Positions 53,176 to 64,000 of a stretch of 64,000 bases of DNA are shown here, one piece after another. Position 1 is the stretch's first letter; the number at the start of each line of letters is the position of its first letter. The translations under genes were made by a program, and so were the position numbers. The notes beneath the pieces are model-generated. The model searched no databases, was not told the DNA's origin, and was given only the letters and a program-made list of their open reading frames with translations. Source of the stretch: Laetmonice hystrix. Its lineage: Eukaryota. The stretch spans positions 6,574,001 to 6,638,000 of the forward strand of contig OZ249436.1 of the NCBI GenBank assembly GCA_965235115.1, read 5' to 3'.

Positions 53176-54807
53176 CACCCCTCGGAAGTCATCTCACTCC
53201 CGCCCTAGGCACTCTGTAAACAAATTCTTTACAACAAAGCGCCAACTCCGATTTTGTCTCAGAACGGTTTCTTCTTGGGTGTATTTCTTCCTGTCATAGA
53301 TTTCCCTAAAATTTTATATTCAAAATATAAACTTGTAAACTTGTAATATAAAGTTATCCGTATTCAATTATTCACTTGCCGAACTTTTGGACAAAGTATT
53401 CATTAGGTACTCGTGCGACAAAAGTTCCTATTTGCACATGGTTGCAATCATTTCAGGGTTCTTGAAATAAAATCAATGTTTTAGCAGTGTGTACAAGTAC
53501 TATGCGACCTGTGTTAATGACTATACAACCCTTGGCCATCGTTAGTACACCTGATATTCCTGTCTACCATTATATACATGCCAGTCTGTCCTTGGCCAAA
53601 CTATAGGATGCACCTCGTCCGATGTTGGTTTGTATACTCCCAGTACTATAGACAGCTATGGTGTCGACGGGGGTATAGTTGTATCGTTTTTTACATCTTG
53701 GAAAGTAGAGAAGAATGGATTAGGAAAAATTAAACTATAAGCTCCGGTCTCCAACAATCGACATAATGGACTTTGATAAGGTTACACCGTTCCGCAGAAA
53801 GACATTCTGATCGAGCTTAGAACCAAGAGTAGATAGAACCAAAGGTAGACCATATGTCCTCTGACCCGAACATAGCACTTCATGGCTTTTAATAGAAGCG
53901 GAGGCCTCTGTAAAGTTCTGTAAATATAATGGTTACTGGTCAAAGCCTCTTCCCTCTTCTGCAATAAAAGAAACAGAAATGTTTACAAATCTTTTGGTGT
54001 CAGTCTTGTTTCACTTTACACAATATTCTATAGCTCTACATGCTGGTAGGGGATTGGTAAACTCTACACGTCTGGTAAGTCCGAATGTATTATTAAAACA
54101 TTGCGCTTGGTATCATTATTTAGATTCACTTCAGTCAGACTCAGGTTGCAGCTCCCCCCCCCCTCTGGATCAGGCCCTGTTGTAGCTGTATGCCGCTAGG
54201 TGGGGGGGGGGGGGGTTGTCGCTTGTCGGCACGCGGTGGTGAGATCGTCGATCCAAGACTGACCCTACGTGACTCCGGTTTCTTCCCAGCGATGAACATT
54301 ACAATTAAATCTATACATGTATGTGGGTGGCGGGAGGGTGCCGGGCAGGTCTTGTTTTCACACAAGGCGGCGCCACCAGTCTGCGCTCTTCTCATCTCAG
54401 GGGCCTATAATAAGTATAGGCCTACGCATAATTGTTGAGTATGATATTATGAGGATAACATGAAGATCAAGAAGCTCACTTTCCTTTACCCTAATTAGAA
54501 TGTATACATTTGGCACGCTTTGAGAATTTTTGTTGGTAGTATAACTTAGGGTCCCTTACAGAAAAATGAAAGTCACATCTTAAGTTGAAGGATTTATATC
54601 TGTCTGGACGCAGAGAATAATATGAAAGATGGCCGACCGGCCGGGAATTGATGACATCGTTACTGAACAAATTCCAGCAAAGCCCAATTATCGTGAATAT
54701 AGAAGGTGCACAAAAATACTCTTGATGCATGTAAAAAGTATAATTACTATATAACTCCCCGGGACTGGTTCAGAGGCATGCAAAGAAAGAACACGTATTA
54801 CAGGATG

Positions 54808-56058
54808 TATGTATAGGTTAGTCAACGGTTACGAGGGTGGACGCATGAAATAACCGATTCGAGCCGCAGCGAGAATCGGTTATTTCATGCGTCCACTCCC
54901 GAGTATAAGTTGACTAACTTATATACACCCCTGAGGAACACCATTGTAGCATCAACAATTTTTTTCTCGATAAAATAAGGCACTTTTTGTGGCTGTCCTA
55001 TGAAACCGTGCATGCAGTGCATGCAGGGTTATATAGGACACGGGCCGAGTCCTCATTGACTTCAACCATGAACCCAACCCATGGGACGGTTCATGCCTGT
55101 CGCTGTTCACCTTCGAACCTGTTGGCAGGATTATTTTTAGAGCTCAGGATCAGTCGCAGAGTTGGCCCAGTTTCGACTGAACCAACTGAACCGTGTCATT
55201 TCATACGCGAGTTCATTCTAATCTGCACCAGTACAACAGCAGTCATGGACGACTCAGACGTGTCTGACACTGACATACTGCTCCACACCCAGATCATAGA
55301 AAGCTCGCAGCTTTCGGCCACCATTTCCAACCATGAAGAAGGCCTAAATTCTTCTAGTGACGAAGACATTCTGTCTGCAACACAGGCAATTGAAAATGCT
55401 GAGGGTGCCAAGAATATCAGAAATCCTGAATAGTATTGAGGTGTCTGCCCCGAAGAAGCCATGCACAGTGACTCTAGGTAGCATGGAGGAAGATTCTAGG
55501 ACTGACCGCCCTACTACCAATAGTCTGCCCAGCCATAACGTTCCGGATTTTCTCCATAGAGCAACCTTCACAAACTGTAGTTTCCTTTCATCAATAAATA
55601 AAATCAGAAATAAATGAATAAATGTGGAATAAACATGAATAAATGTGGACCCCTCCAAAAATGTTCCTATCAAAGGCTACTTCTTCTCGATGTCCAATAT
55701 GACCCCTATCTATCAACCTATGACAGTCATTTGGGAGCCAGGAATAACAAAAAGCTATCCTATACTATGAAACTCTATATGACTCCATAAACAGTTACAT
55801 ATATTCGTATAAAAACTGAACATTTTTTGGGTGGGGGTGGTGACAATTTTCGGGACCCCCCCCCCCCCCCAGGAGTTAATTGTTGCGGCCGAGCGGTAGC
55901 GAGGATCTGTTATATTCGAAACCCCCTACCCTAAAAACTAGAGGGAACCGAGAATCTTTAGGGTAGGGGGATGAGAAATTTTCGAAAACCCGAGAGGTGA
56001 TATCGAATGAAACCCGAGTGTAGCGAGGGTTTAGTCGATATCAACACGAGGGACTGAA
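54808..56058 (+). mobile_element. Internally deleted Crypton-like (tyrosine recombinase transposon) element
   Basis: Left hairpin 54808-54927 with a perfect 24-bp inner stem; right hairpin ~55990-56052 with loop cgagtgtagcga; residual ORF pieces MDDSDVSDTDILLHTQIIE..DEDILSATQAIE (from 55245) and ISEILN..FLHRATFTNCSF (to 55617) resemble N- and C-termini of DUF3504-type Crypton proteins; absent from the homologous sites near 59107 and 63674. Confidence 0.55.
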
Positions 56059-56059
56059 A

Positions 56060-56207
56060 CGCCATGACATAGTGGTTAGAGCACTCGACTTCCACGCCAG
56101 CAACCCGCGTTCGCTTCCCGTGGTGACCAGTTTACCTGGGCTGGTTACATGGGAGCAGTCGCAGGCATGGTTTCACTGATATAACCGGCTCCGTGGGGTT
56201 TATCTGG
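56060..56207 (+). mobile_element. 3'-truncated tRNA-derived SINE
   Basis: tRNA-like head (tagtggttagagc ... gacttccac ... gttcgcttccc) followed by non-tRNA body ending at gtggggtttatctgg, which resembles the start of a V-like core. Confidence 0.6.
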
Positions 56208-56248
56208 ATATAATATTAGCAAGATCGATTCTTTTGTGATGTTGTGGG

Positions 56249-56264
56249 GGTCCTGAGAAGGACC
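56249..56264 (-). terminator. Histone mRNA 3' stem-loop (copy 1)
   Basis: GGTCCT-TCTC-AGGACC followed by CCCA and purine-rich AAAAGAA, ~30 bp after the H2B stop. Confidence 0.9.
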
Positions 56265-56293
56265 ATTAGTTTCGTTTCGTAGATTGAGCCTCT

Positions 56294-56661
56294 TCACTTG
56301 GAGCTGGTGTATTTGGTGACGGCCTTGGTGCTTTAACTGACGGCGTGCTTGGCCAGCTCACCGGGGAGAAGCAGACGGACGGCCATCTGGATATCCCGGC
56401 TGGTGATGGTAGAGCGGCGGTTGTAGTGGGCCAGACGTGGAGCCTCGGCTCGAAGATGTCGTTCACAAACGAGTTTATGATAGACATGGCCTTGCTGGAG
56501 ATACCCGAGTCTGGGTGGACCTGCTTCAACACCTTGTAGATCTAGATGTAGATGGAGTAGGGGCCCCTCCTCCTCTTCTTGCGCTTCTTGTCGCCCGTGC
56601 GGACGGCGTTGGCCTTGCTAGCGGCCTTCTTAGCTCCCTTCGACGCTGGTTTTGGCGGCAT
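56294..56661 (-). pseudogene. H2B: Histone H2B pseudogene (copy 1)
   Basis: [80 protein letters not shown]; 6-bp duplication with TAG, 10-bp deletion after DIFE, GAA>TAA nonsense; 368 bp total. Confidence 0.97.
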
Positions 56662-56918
56662 GATGACTAAGATGCCAGCCGGTGCGTTTTCTTTATATAT
56701 GGAGTCGTATGCAAATTAGCAGCGAGTTCATACTGAAAGGAGCCATGCATGGTTCATCCGCCTTCCGTTGGTGGCGCCACCGTACAGTGCTGCGGTTCGA
56801 CCCATGTTTGAACTCGCTCATTCGCTTGCATATAAACGCGGAGAACACCGGCCTCGCCATTGTGCTAGACATTGTGCTAGACAGATATTTTGCTAACACA
56901 CCCATCCAAACAATCATC
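56662..56918. promoter_or_regulatory. Divergent H2B/H2A-type promoter (copy 1)
   Basis: Minus strand: TATATAAA 56692-56699 and octamer ATTTGCAT 56709-56716; plus strand: TATAAA 56831-56836 and a leader ending aacaatcatc; inverted TGAACTCGCT pair at 56721-56730 and 56809-56818. Confidence 0.75.
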
Positions 56919-57385
56919 AAGTTGTCCGATGGAGGATTACAAGTGGCGTCCATTAGAGAAAGGCTTAAAACCAAGAGAATTAAAATAGCATTATCCCTAA
57001 TCTTGGTAGAAGGAACTGACAAATTCTATATTGGTCGAGAACTTAGATATGAGCGGAATGAGTTAAGTAGTAACTTGAGTCCACATAGTGAAATAAAACC
57101 TAGTTTTTTGAGGAAAGCGATAGAAGATTGGTTTTATTTTCGTTCTGCATTTCCAAGTGTTAAAATTATTGACGACTTAAGCGTTTTAAATCATTCCCTG
57201 GCCAGTACAAGCATAAATTTGTGCGCACTGAACAAGGTAGCAATGGCATTCATAGGAAGAATTTCAAGTTGGCACACACACTCAGCTTCTCAAAGCAGAC
57301 AGAAACGTGGAGATGTTGGTATAAAACCGGCTATTTCTGTACACAATTGGCTGGAAGTGTACGAAAGTATATATTCTCTGAAAGC
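56919..57385 (+). mobile_element. L1/Tx1-clade LINE ORF2 fragment, post-RT region (copy 1)
   Basis: KLSDGGLQVASIRERLKTKRIK..FYIGRELR..LSSNLSPHSEIKPSFLRKAI..NWLEVYESIYS resembles the GGLxV..K / YWIGxxLR / SNxxPHSxxxPxFY / WxxVWxxI motif series of L1/Tx1 ORF2; recognised by eye. Confidence 0.62.
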
Positions 57386-57650
57386 TCTATTAGTTCTCTA
57401 TCAGATGAGACCAGGAAATCACATATTTATGCATTTAGTTTCATTTTATTTGACCTTGAGTTGCTGAAAGTCTGAAAATAGGCAATTGTACATGGTTCAA
57501 AATTATCACCCATATACGCCACCCGTGTGACAGACAGTGCACTTTGAAGCGCTGCTAGGGACACGGACGGGGCACCAGAGGTTTAATGAAATATACCACT
57601 AGGACGGCGACATGTTTGAGTGTTTCAATAAATGTCAGGCCAATCAAAAA

Positions 57651-57835
57651 CGTGCGGGCGGCGTTGGCCTTGCTAGCGGCCTTCTTAGCTCCCTTCGATG
57701 CTGGTTTTGGCGGCATGATGACTAAGGGGCCAGCCGGTGCGTTTTCTTTATATATGGAGTCGTATGCAAATTAGCAGCGAGTTCATACTGAAAGGAGCCA
57801 TGCATAGTTCATCCGCGTTCCGTTGGTGGCGCCAC
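57651..57835 (-). pseudogene. H2B: 5' fragment of H2B (first ~22 codons) plus promoter, unit 1
   Basis: Duplicate of ~56596-56780 including ATG (57716), TATA and octamer. Confidence 0.9.
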
Positions 57836-59161
57836 ATATTATACCCCGTCGCCGTGCCTGCTAGGGAGCATGTTTGGCGCTGCAGTCGCTTGACAGGCTG
57901 CCGCCGTCACGTGTGATGCCAAGGCCAATCAGCAGCCATGTATGAACTCGCCGTTTCAGAAATCTAAGCTACTTGCTGGTTACCGGCCCATTTGACCAGC
58001 AAGATGGCGTCGGTCGTCATAACCCTAGATTTCATCATTTTCAGTAATATCTTATAATAGAAATTATTTACAATAACAATTTATGGATAGTCGTTGCACT
58101 TTTAGTCCCGCAGACAACATATCCAAATCCAAGGTTTGGGTTGTGGCTACAAAATGCTTATATCTTATCATAAATAAGGTGGTTCGCGCGGGACACCACT
58201 CTGGAGGTCCAGCGCCACCTCGATACTATATAAAGCCCGCACTACCACTGGTAATATGTAGTGAACGGTCACGTCTGAAAGTATCGCTTAGATAGACTCG
58301 GGTCTGTCTCCCATGAACTGGCTGATGGGTCGGAAGGAGCTTGCATGGGTCCACGTTCGGTCGTAGTCTGGCAACACGTGCTGATGGTCAAACACTGACA
58401 GTATGATGAGTCGCTTAGTGTCCACTTGGAGGCGGGAGGGTGCAAGCCTGAGAAAAGTGCGACATGACTCTTCTAAAGGGATGTAGCAATACAACCCGTT
58501 CCCCGTCAGTGGGTCGATCTGTGGCATAGTTCCGTATGGCGGCTACCATTGGGTTATCACGTGTTGTATCAGACGCCAGATCTTCGAACGGTAGGATGAA
58601 CGAATCTAGTCGACTAAGACCAAGTTCACTTTTTTTAAATAATTCACCTCTCATACTTTTTTTAATCACTCATATAATTGACAAGTGATGCCGAGGTCAG
58701 CCTAATAAAGCAGATGGTGCTTTAAGACAGGACGTTGTTTCACTGAAAGGTGTCTGTCTTTGACCGAGTCGGTCGTAAGGCACGTCAGCTGAACGCCCCC
58801 CCCCCCCATCGCCACCACCTCATGGCGGCCCACCCAAGGTTAATTAAAATTCCTCCATCATCTGAAAATCAAAAACGCTACCGTTCTCCGTTTTGTGCAA
58901 GGCTCGTGACGACCGACCAGGATTGATTATGAGAAGTGTGTGGTTGTGAATGTTTTAAGTTGTGAACGTGATGTTCCAATGTTGGCAGGTATCAGATATT
59001 CTCAAACATACAGTGTACTCAAAATGTCAGATACCATGTATAGTTTAAGGTTTCCTTCGATATAAGACGGTTATAGACGTATGCAAGGAAAGAACACGTA
59101 TTACAGTATATAAAATATGGATATAATATTAGCAAGATCGATTCTTTTGTGATGTTGTGGG

Positions 59162-59177
59162 GGTCCTGAGAAGGACC
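59162..59177 (-). terminator. Histone mRNA 3' stem-loop (copy 2)
   Basis: Identical to copy 1. Confidence 0.9.
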
Positions 59178-59206
59178 ATTAGTTTCGTTTCGTAGATTCA
59201 GCCTCT

Positions 59207-59574
<368 letters not shown>

Positions 59575-59831
59575 GGTGACTAAGATGCCAGCCGGTGCGT
59601 TTTCTTTATATATGGAGTCGTATGCAAATTAGCAGCGAGTTCATACTGAAAGGAGCCATGCATGGTTCATCCGCGATCCGTTGGTGGCGCCACCGTACAG
59701 TGCTGCGGTTCGACCCATGTTTGAACTCGCTCATTCGCTTGCATATAAACGCGGAGAACACCGGCCTCGCCATTGTGCTAGACATTGTGCTAGACAGATA
59801 TTTTGCTAACACACCCATCCAAACAATCATC
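59575..59831. promoter_or_regulatory. Divergent H2B/H2A-type promoter (copy 2)
   Basis: Same octamer, TATA boxes and TGAACTCGCT pair as copy 1. Confidence 0.75.
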
Positions 59832-60298
59832 AAGTTGTCCGATGGAGGATTACAAGTGGCGTCCATTAGAGAAAGGCGTAAAACCAAGAGAATTAAAATA
59901 GCATTATCCCTAATCTTGGGAGAAGGAACTGACAAATTGTATATTGGTCGAGAACTTAGATATGAGCGGAATGAGTTAAGTAGTAACTTGAGTCCTCATA
60001 GTGAAATAAAACCTAGTTTTTTGAGGAAAGCGATAGAAGATTGGTTTTATTTTCGTTCTGCATTTCCAAGTGTTAAAATTATTGACGACTTAAGCGTTTT
60101 AAATCATTCCCTGGCCAGTACAAGCATAAATTTGTGCGCACTGAAGAAGGTAGCAATGGCATTCATAGGAAAAATTTCAAGTTGGCACACACACTCAGCT
60201 TCTCAAAGTAGACAGAAACGTGGAGATGTTGGTATAAAACCGGCTATTTCTGTACACAATTGGCTGGAAGTGTACGAAAGTATATATTCTCTGAAAGC
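59832..60298 (+). mobile_element. L1/Tx1-clade LINE ORF2 fragment (copy 2)
   Basis: Near-identical to 56919-57385 with the same 5' junction. Confidence 0.62.
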
Positions 60299-60564
60299 TC
60301 TATTAGTTCTCTATCAGATGAGACCAGAAAATCACAGATTTATGCATTTCGTTTCATTTTATTTGACCTTGAGGCGCTGAAAGTCTGAAAATAGGCAATT
60401 GTACATGGTTCAAAATTATCACCCATATATCGCCACCCGTGTGACAGACAGTGTACTTTGAAGCGCTGCTAGGGACACGGACGGGGCACCAGAGGTTTAA
60501 TGAAATATACCACTAGGACGGCGACATGTTTGAGTGTTTCAATAAATGTCAGGCCAATCAGAAA

Positions 60565-60749
60565 CGTGCGGACGGCGTTGGCCTTGCTAGCGGCCTTCTT
60601 ATCTCCCTTCGACGCTGGTTTTGGCGGCATGATGACTAAGGTGCCAGCCGGTGCGTTTTCTTTATATATGGAATCGTATGCAAATTAGCAGCGAGTTCAT
60701 ATTGAAAGGAGCCATGCATAGTTCATCCGCGTTCCGTTGGTGGCGCCAC
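60565..60749 (-). pseudogene. H2B: 5' fragment of H2B plus promoter, unit 2
   Basis: Copy of 57651-57835. Confidence 0.9.
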
Positions 60750-61673
60750 ATATTATACCCCGACGCCGTGCCTGCTAGGGAGCATGTTTGGCGCTGCAGT
60801 CGCTTGGCAGGCTGCCGCCGTCACGTGTGATGCCAAGGCCAATCAGCAGCCATGTATGAACTCGCCGTTTCAGAAATCTAAGCTACTTGCTAGTTACCGG
60901 CCCATTTGACCAGCAAGATGGCGTCGGTCGTCATAACCCTAGATTTCATCATTTTCATTAATATCTTATAATAGAAATTATTTACAATAACAATTTATGG
61001 ATAGTCGTTGCACTTTTAGTCCCGCAGACAACATATCCAAATCCAAGCTTTGGGTTGTGGCTACAAAATGCTTATATCTTATCATAAATAAGGTGGTTCG
61101 CGCGGGACACCACTCTGGAGGTCCAGCGCCACCTCGATACTATATAAAGCCCGCACTACCACTGGTAATATGTAGTGAACGGTCACGTCTGAAAGTATCG
61201 CTTAGATAGACTCGGGTCTGTCTCCCATGAACTGGCTGATGGGTCGGAAGGAGCTTGCATGGGTCCACGTTCGGTCGTAGCCTGGCAACACGTGCTGATG
61301 GTCAAACACTGACAGTATGATGAGTCGCTTAGTGTCCACTTGGAGGCGGGAGGGTGCAAGCCTGAGAAAAGTGCGACATGACTCTTCTAAAGGGATGTAG
61401 CAATACAACCCGTTCCCCGTCAGTGGGTCGATCTGTGGCATAGTTCCGTATGGCGGCTACCATTGGGTTATCACGTGTTGTATCAGACGCCAGATCTTCG
61501 AACGGTAGGATGAACGAATCTAGTCGACTAAGACCAAGTTCACTTTTTTTTAGGTTAATTAAAATTCCTCCATCATCTGAAATTCAACAAACGCTACCGT
61601 TCTCCGTTTTGTGCAAGGCTCGTGACGACCGACCAGGATTGATTATGAGAAGTGTGTGGTTGTGAATGTTTTA

Positions 61674-63520
61674 GGGTCATTCCATGTCAAATCGACCAAT
61701 TTTGGAAAATCTTCCCGGGGGACCATCTTCGATTTCTTTCAAATTTGGCATGCAGTTAGACCTGTGTATTTGCAGTACAATCCTAAAATTCTGCTCCAAA
61801 ATACCCAACGGTCTCCGAGTTACACCCCGATAAGCGAGGGTGGGGGTACCCCTGAACAAAGCACGTTTAATTCTGAGCCATTTTTAGAGGGCTATCATTC
61901 AGAAACTGTAAGAGCTGGCAACTTGTATTTTTTCCCACTGAAACTTCAATATGGAGAGACCAGGAAAAAGCAATAACATTTTATTTCTTTGCTTATTCCT
62001 TGGAACACCATGCCCCCCAAAATTGAAAAAAACAGATCGGAGAAAAAAAAGTTCAATATTCAAACATTTTTCATGCGAAGGTTATTTCTTGTAACTTCTT
62101 GATTTTTGGGGATTTGATTTATGGCTATATGAGGTGCATGTAGACACCAAAATAATCTTCCAAAAATAGACACAGGTGGCGCCACTAGTGGCCAAAGTTG
62201 GCCGATCGCTAAATATGACCCATTTTGAGAGGCCATTTTACCTATGTGGCCAAGGTGGAAGAGCGTTGGGATATTTTTTCCTTGATAGTGCACATTTTTG
62301 CCATTAACAAAACCTAAGTCCCTAATCCCTTCCATACTTCCTTCCCTGTCAAATAATTTTTCAAATAATATCCATTTGAGTAAAGTTCACGCTGTGATGG
62401 GATATGAGGTACGTTGTTTTTATATCATAAAATTTTTATTATTTGCCAAAGAATTTTTGAAAGTGGTAAATATCCTAAACTGTTGGTCTTTTGTAGATTT
62501 TTGTCTTTAAATTAATTAGTTAATTAATTAATTATAAATAAATTTATAAATTTATTTTAATTAATTAATTAAATTAATTAATTAAATTATTGATTTAATA
62601 ACTTAAAATCATAAAATATAATAATATAAGATAAAATATAAAAATAAATTATAAATTTATTTTACAATTAATTAATTACTTTAATAATTAATTTAAATAC
62701 AAAAATCTTCAAAAGACCAACAGTTTAAGCTATTTACCACTTTCAAGAATTCTGTGGCAAATAATAAAAATTTTATGATATAAAAACAATGTACCTTGTA
62801 TCTCGTCACAGCGTGAACTTTACTAAAATGGATATTATTTGAAAAACTATTTGACAGGGAAGGAAGTATGGAAGGGATTAGGGACTTAGTTTTCTTTAAT
62901 GTCCAAAATGTGCTTTATCAAGGAAAAAATATCACAATGCTCTTCCACCTTGGCAACATAGGCAAAATGGCCCCTCAAAATGGGTCATATTTAGCGATCG
63001 GCCAACTTTGACCACTAGTGGCGCCACCTGTGTCTATTTTTAGAAGATTATTTTGGTGTTTGCATGCACTTCATATAACCATAAATCAAATCCCCAAAGA
63101 TCAAGAAGTTACAAGAAGGAACTTTTGCATGAAAAATGTTTGAATATTGAATTTTTTTTTCTCCGATGTGTTTTTTTCTATTTTGGGGGGCATGGTGCTC
63201 CAAGGAATAAGCAGAGAATTAAAATGTTATTACTTTTTCCTGGTCTCTACATATTAAAGTTTCAGTGGGCAGAAATACAAGTTGCCAGCTCTTATAATTT
63301 CTGAATGGCAGCCCTCTAAAAACGGCTCAGAAAAAGAAGCGTTTTTTTCAGGGGTACCCCCACCCAAACTCATGGGGGTATAACATGGGAACCGTTGGGA
63401 ATTTGGAAGAAAAATTTCAGAAATGTACTTCAGATATATAGATCTAACTACATGCCAAATAAGAAAAAAATTGGAGATGGTCACCCGGGAGCCACTGGTC
63501 GATTTGACATGGAATGACCC
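61674..63520. mobile_element. 1847-bp palindromic non-autonomous DNA transposon (Sola-like)
   Basis: Ends gggtcattccatgtcaaatcgacca / tggtcgatttgacatggaatgaccc; ~830-bp imperfect inverted arms around an AT-rich centre; TTTA duplicated at 61670-61673 and 63521-63524; empty site visible near 58953. Confidence 0.85.
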
Positions 63521-63728
63521 TTTAAGCTGTGAACGTGATGTCCCAATGCTGGCCGGTATCAGATATTCTCAAACATACAGTGTACTCAAAATGTCAGATA
63601 CCATGTATAGTTTAAGGTTTTGTTCGATATAAGACGGTTATAGACGTATGCAAGGAAAGAACACGTATTACAGTATATAAAATATGGATATAATATTAGC
63701 AAGATCGATTCTTTTCTGATGTTGTGGG

Positions 63729-63744
63729 GGTCCTGAGAAGGACC
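63729..63744 (-). terminator. Histone mRNA 3' stem-loop (copy 3)
   Basis: Identical to copies 1 and 2. Confidence 0.9.
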
Positions 63745-63773
63745 ATTAGTTTCGTTTCGTAGATTGAGCCTCT

Positions 63774-64000
63774 TCACTTGGAGCTGGTGTACTTGGTGAC
63801 GGCCTTGGTGCTTTAACTGACGGCGTGCTTAGCCAGCTCACCGGGGAGGAGCAGACGGACGGCCATCTGGATATCCCGGCTGGTGATGGTAGAGCGGCGG
63901 TTGTAGTGGGCCAGACGTGGAGCCTCGGCTCGAAGATGTCGTTCACAAACGAGTTTATGATAGACATGGCCTTGCTGTAGATACCCGAGTCTGGGTGGAC
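63774..64000 (-). pseudogene. H2B: Histone H2B pseudogene (copy 3, cut by window edge)
   Basis: Shares the 10-bp deletion and the TAA nonsense with the other copies. Confidence 0.95.

Noticed and set aside
56060..56125. tRNA-Gly(TCC) gene
   Set aside because: Acceptor stem does not pair, the B box is degenerate, and the sequence continues into a SINE-like body
56682..57467. 261-aa ORF as a real gene
   Set aside because: Begins at a GTG inside promoter sequence; it is a chance fusion of promoter, leader and LINE fragment, with no early ATG after the putative start of transcription
58288..58669. Minus-strand ORFs conserved between tandem units
   Set aside because: Conservation is explained by recent duplication; no recognisable homology

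Overview
Repeat-rich animal genomic DNA, not prokaryotic. The H2B N-terminus [17 protein letters not shown] suggests a lophotrochozoan, perhaps an annelid (inference). About a fifth of the window is made of roughly 15 unrelated minisatellites, and these produce nearly all the long ORFs in the track. Four phase-compatible exons on the + strand (34460-46292) encode the acidic, Tyr-rich ectodomain and transmembrane helix of an unidentified single-pass membrane protein. Mobile elements include tRNA-derived SINEs, a TTAA/Kolobok-type MITE, two Crypton-like hairpin elements, a 1.85-kb palindromic Sola-like element and a probable decayed RTE LINE. The last 8 kb is a tandem array of a ~2.9-kb dead histone cassette. 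Each complete unit holds an H2B pseudogene with its stem-loop, the divergent H2B/H2A promoter (octamer plus two TATA boxes) and a second 5' H2B fragment. Where the H2A ATG should be, the sequence instead continues as an L1/Tx1-like ORF2 fragment. This junction is the top lead: a candidate histone-H2A-targeting retrotransposon. All family assignments come from reading the sequence; no searches were run.
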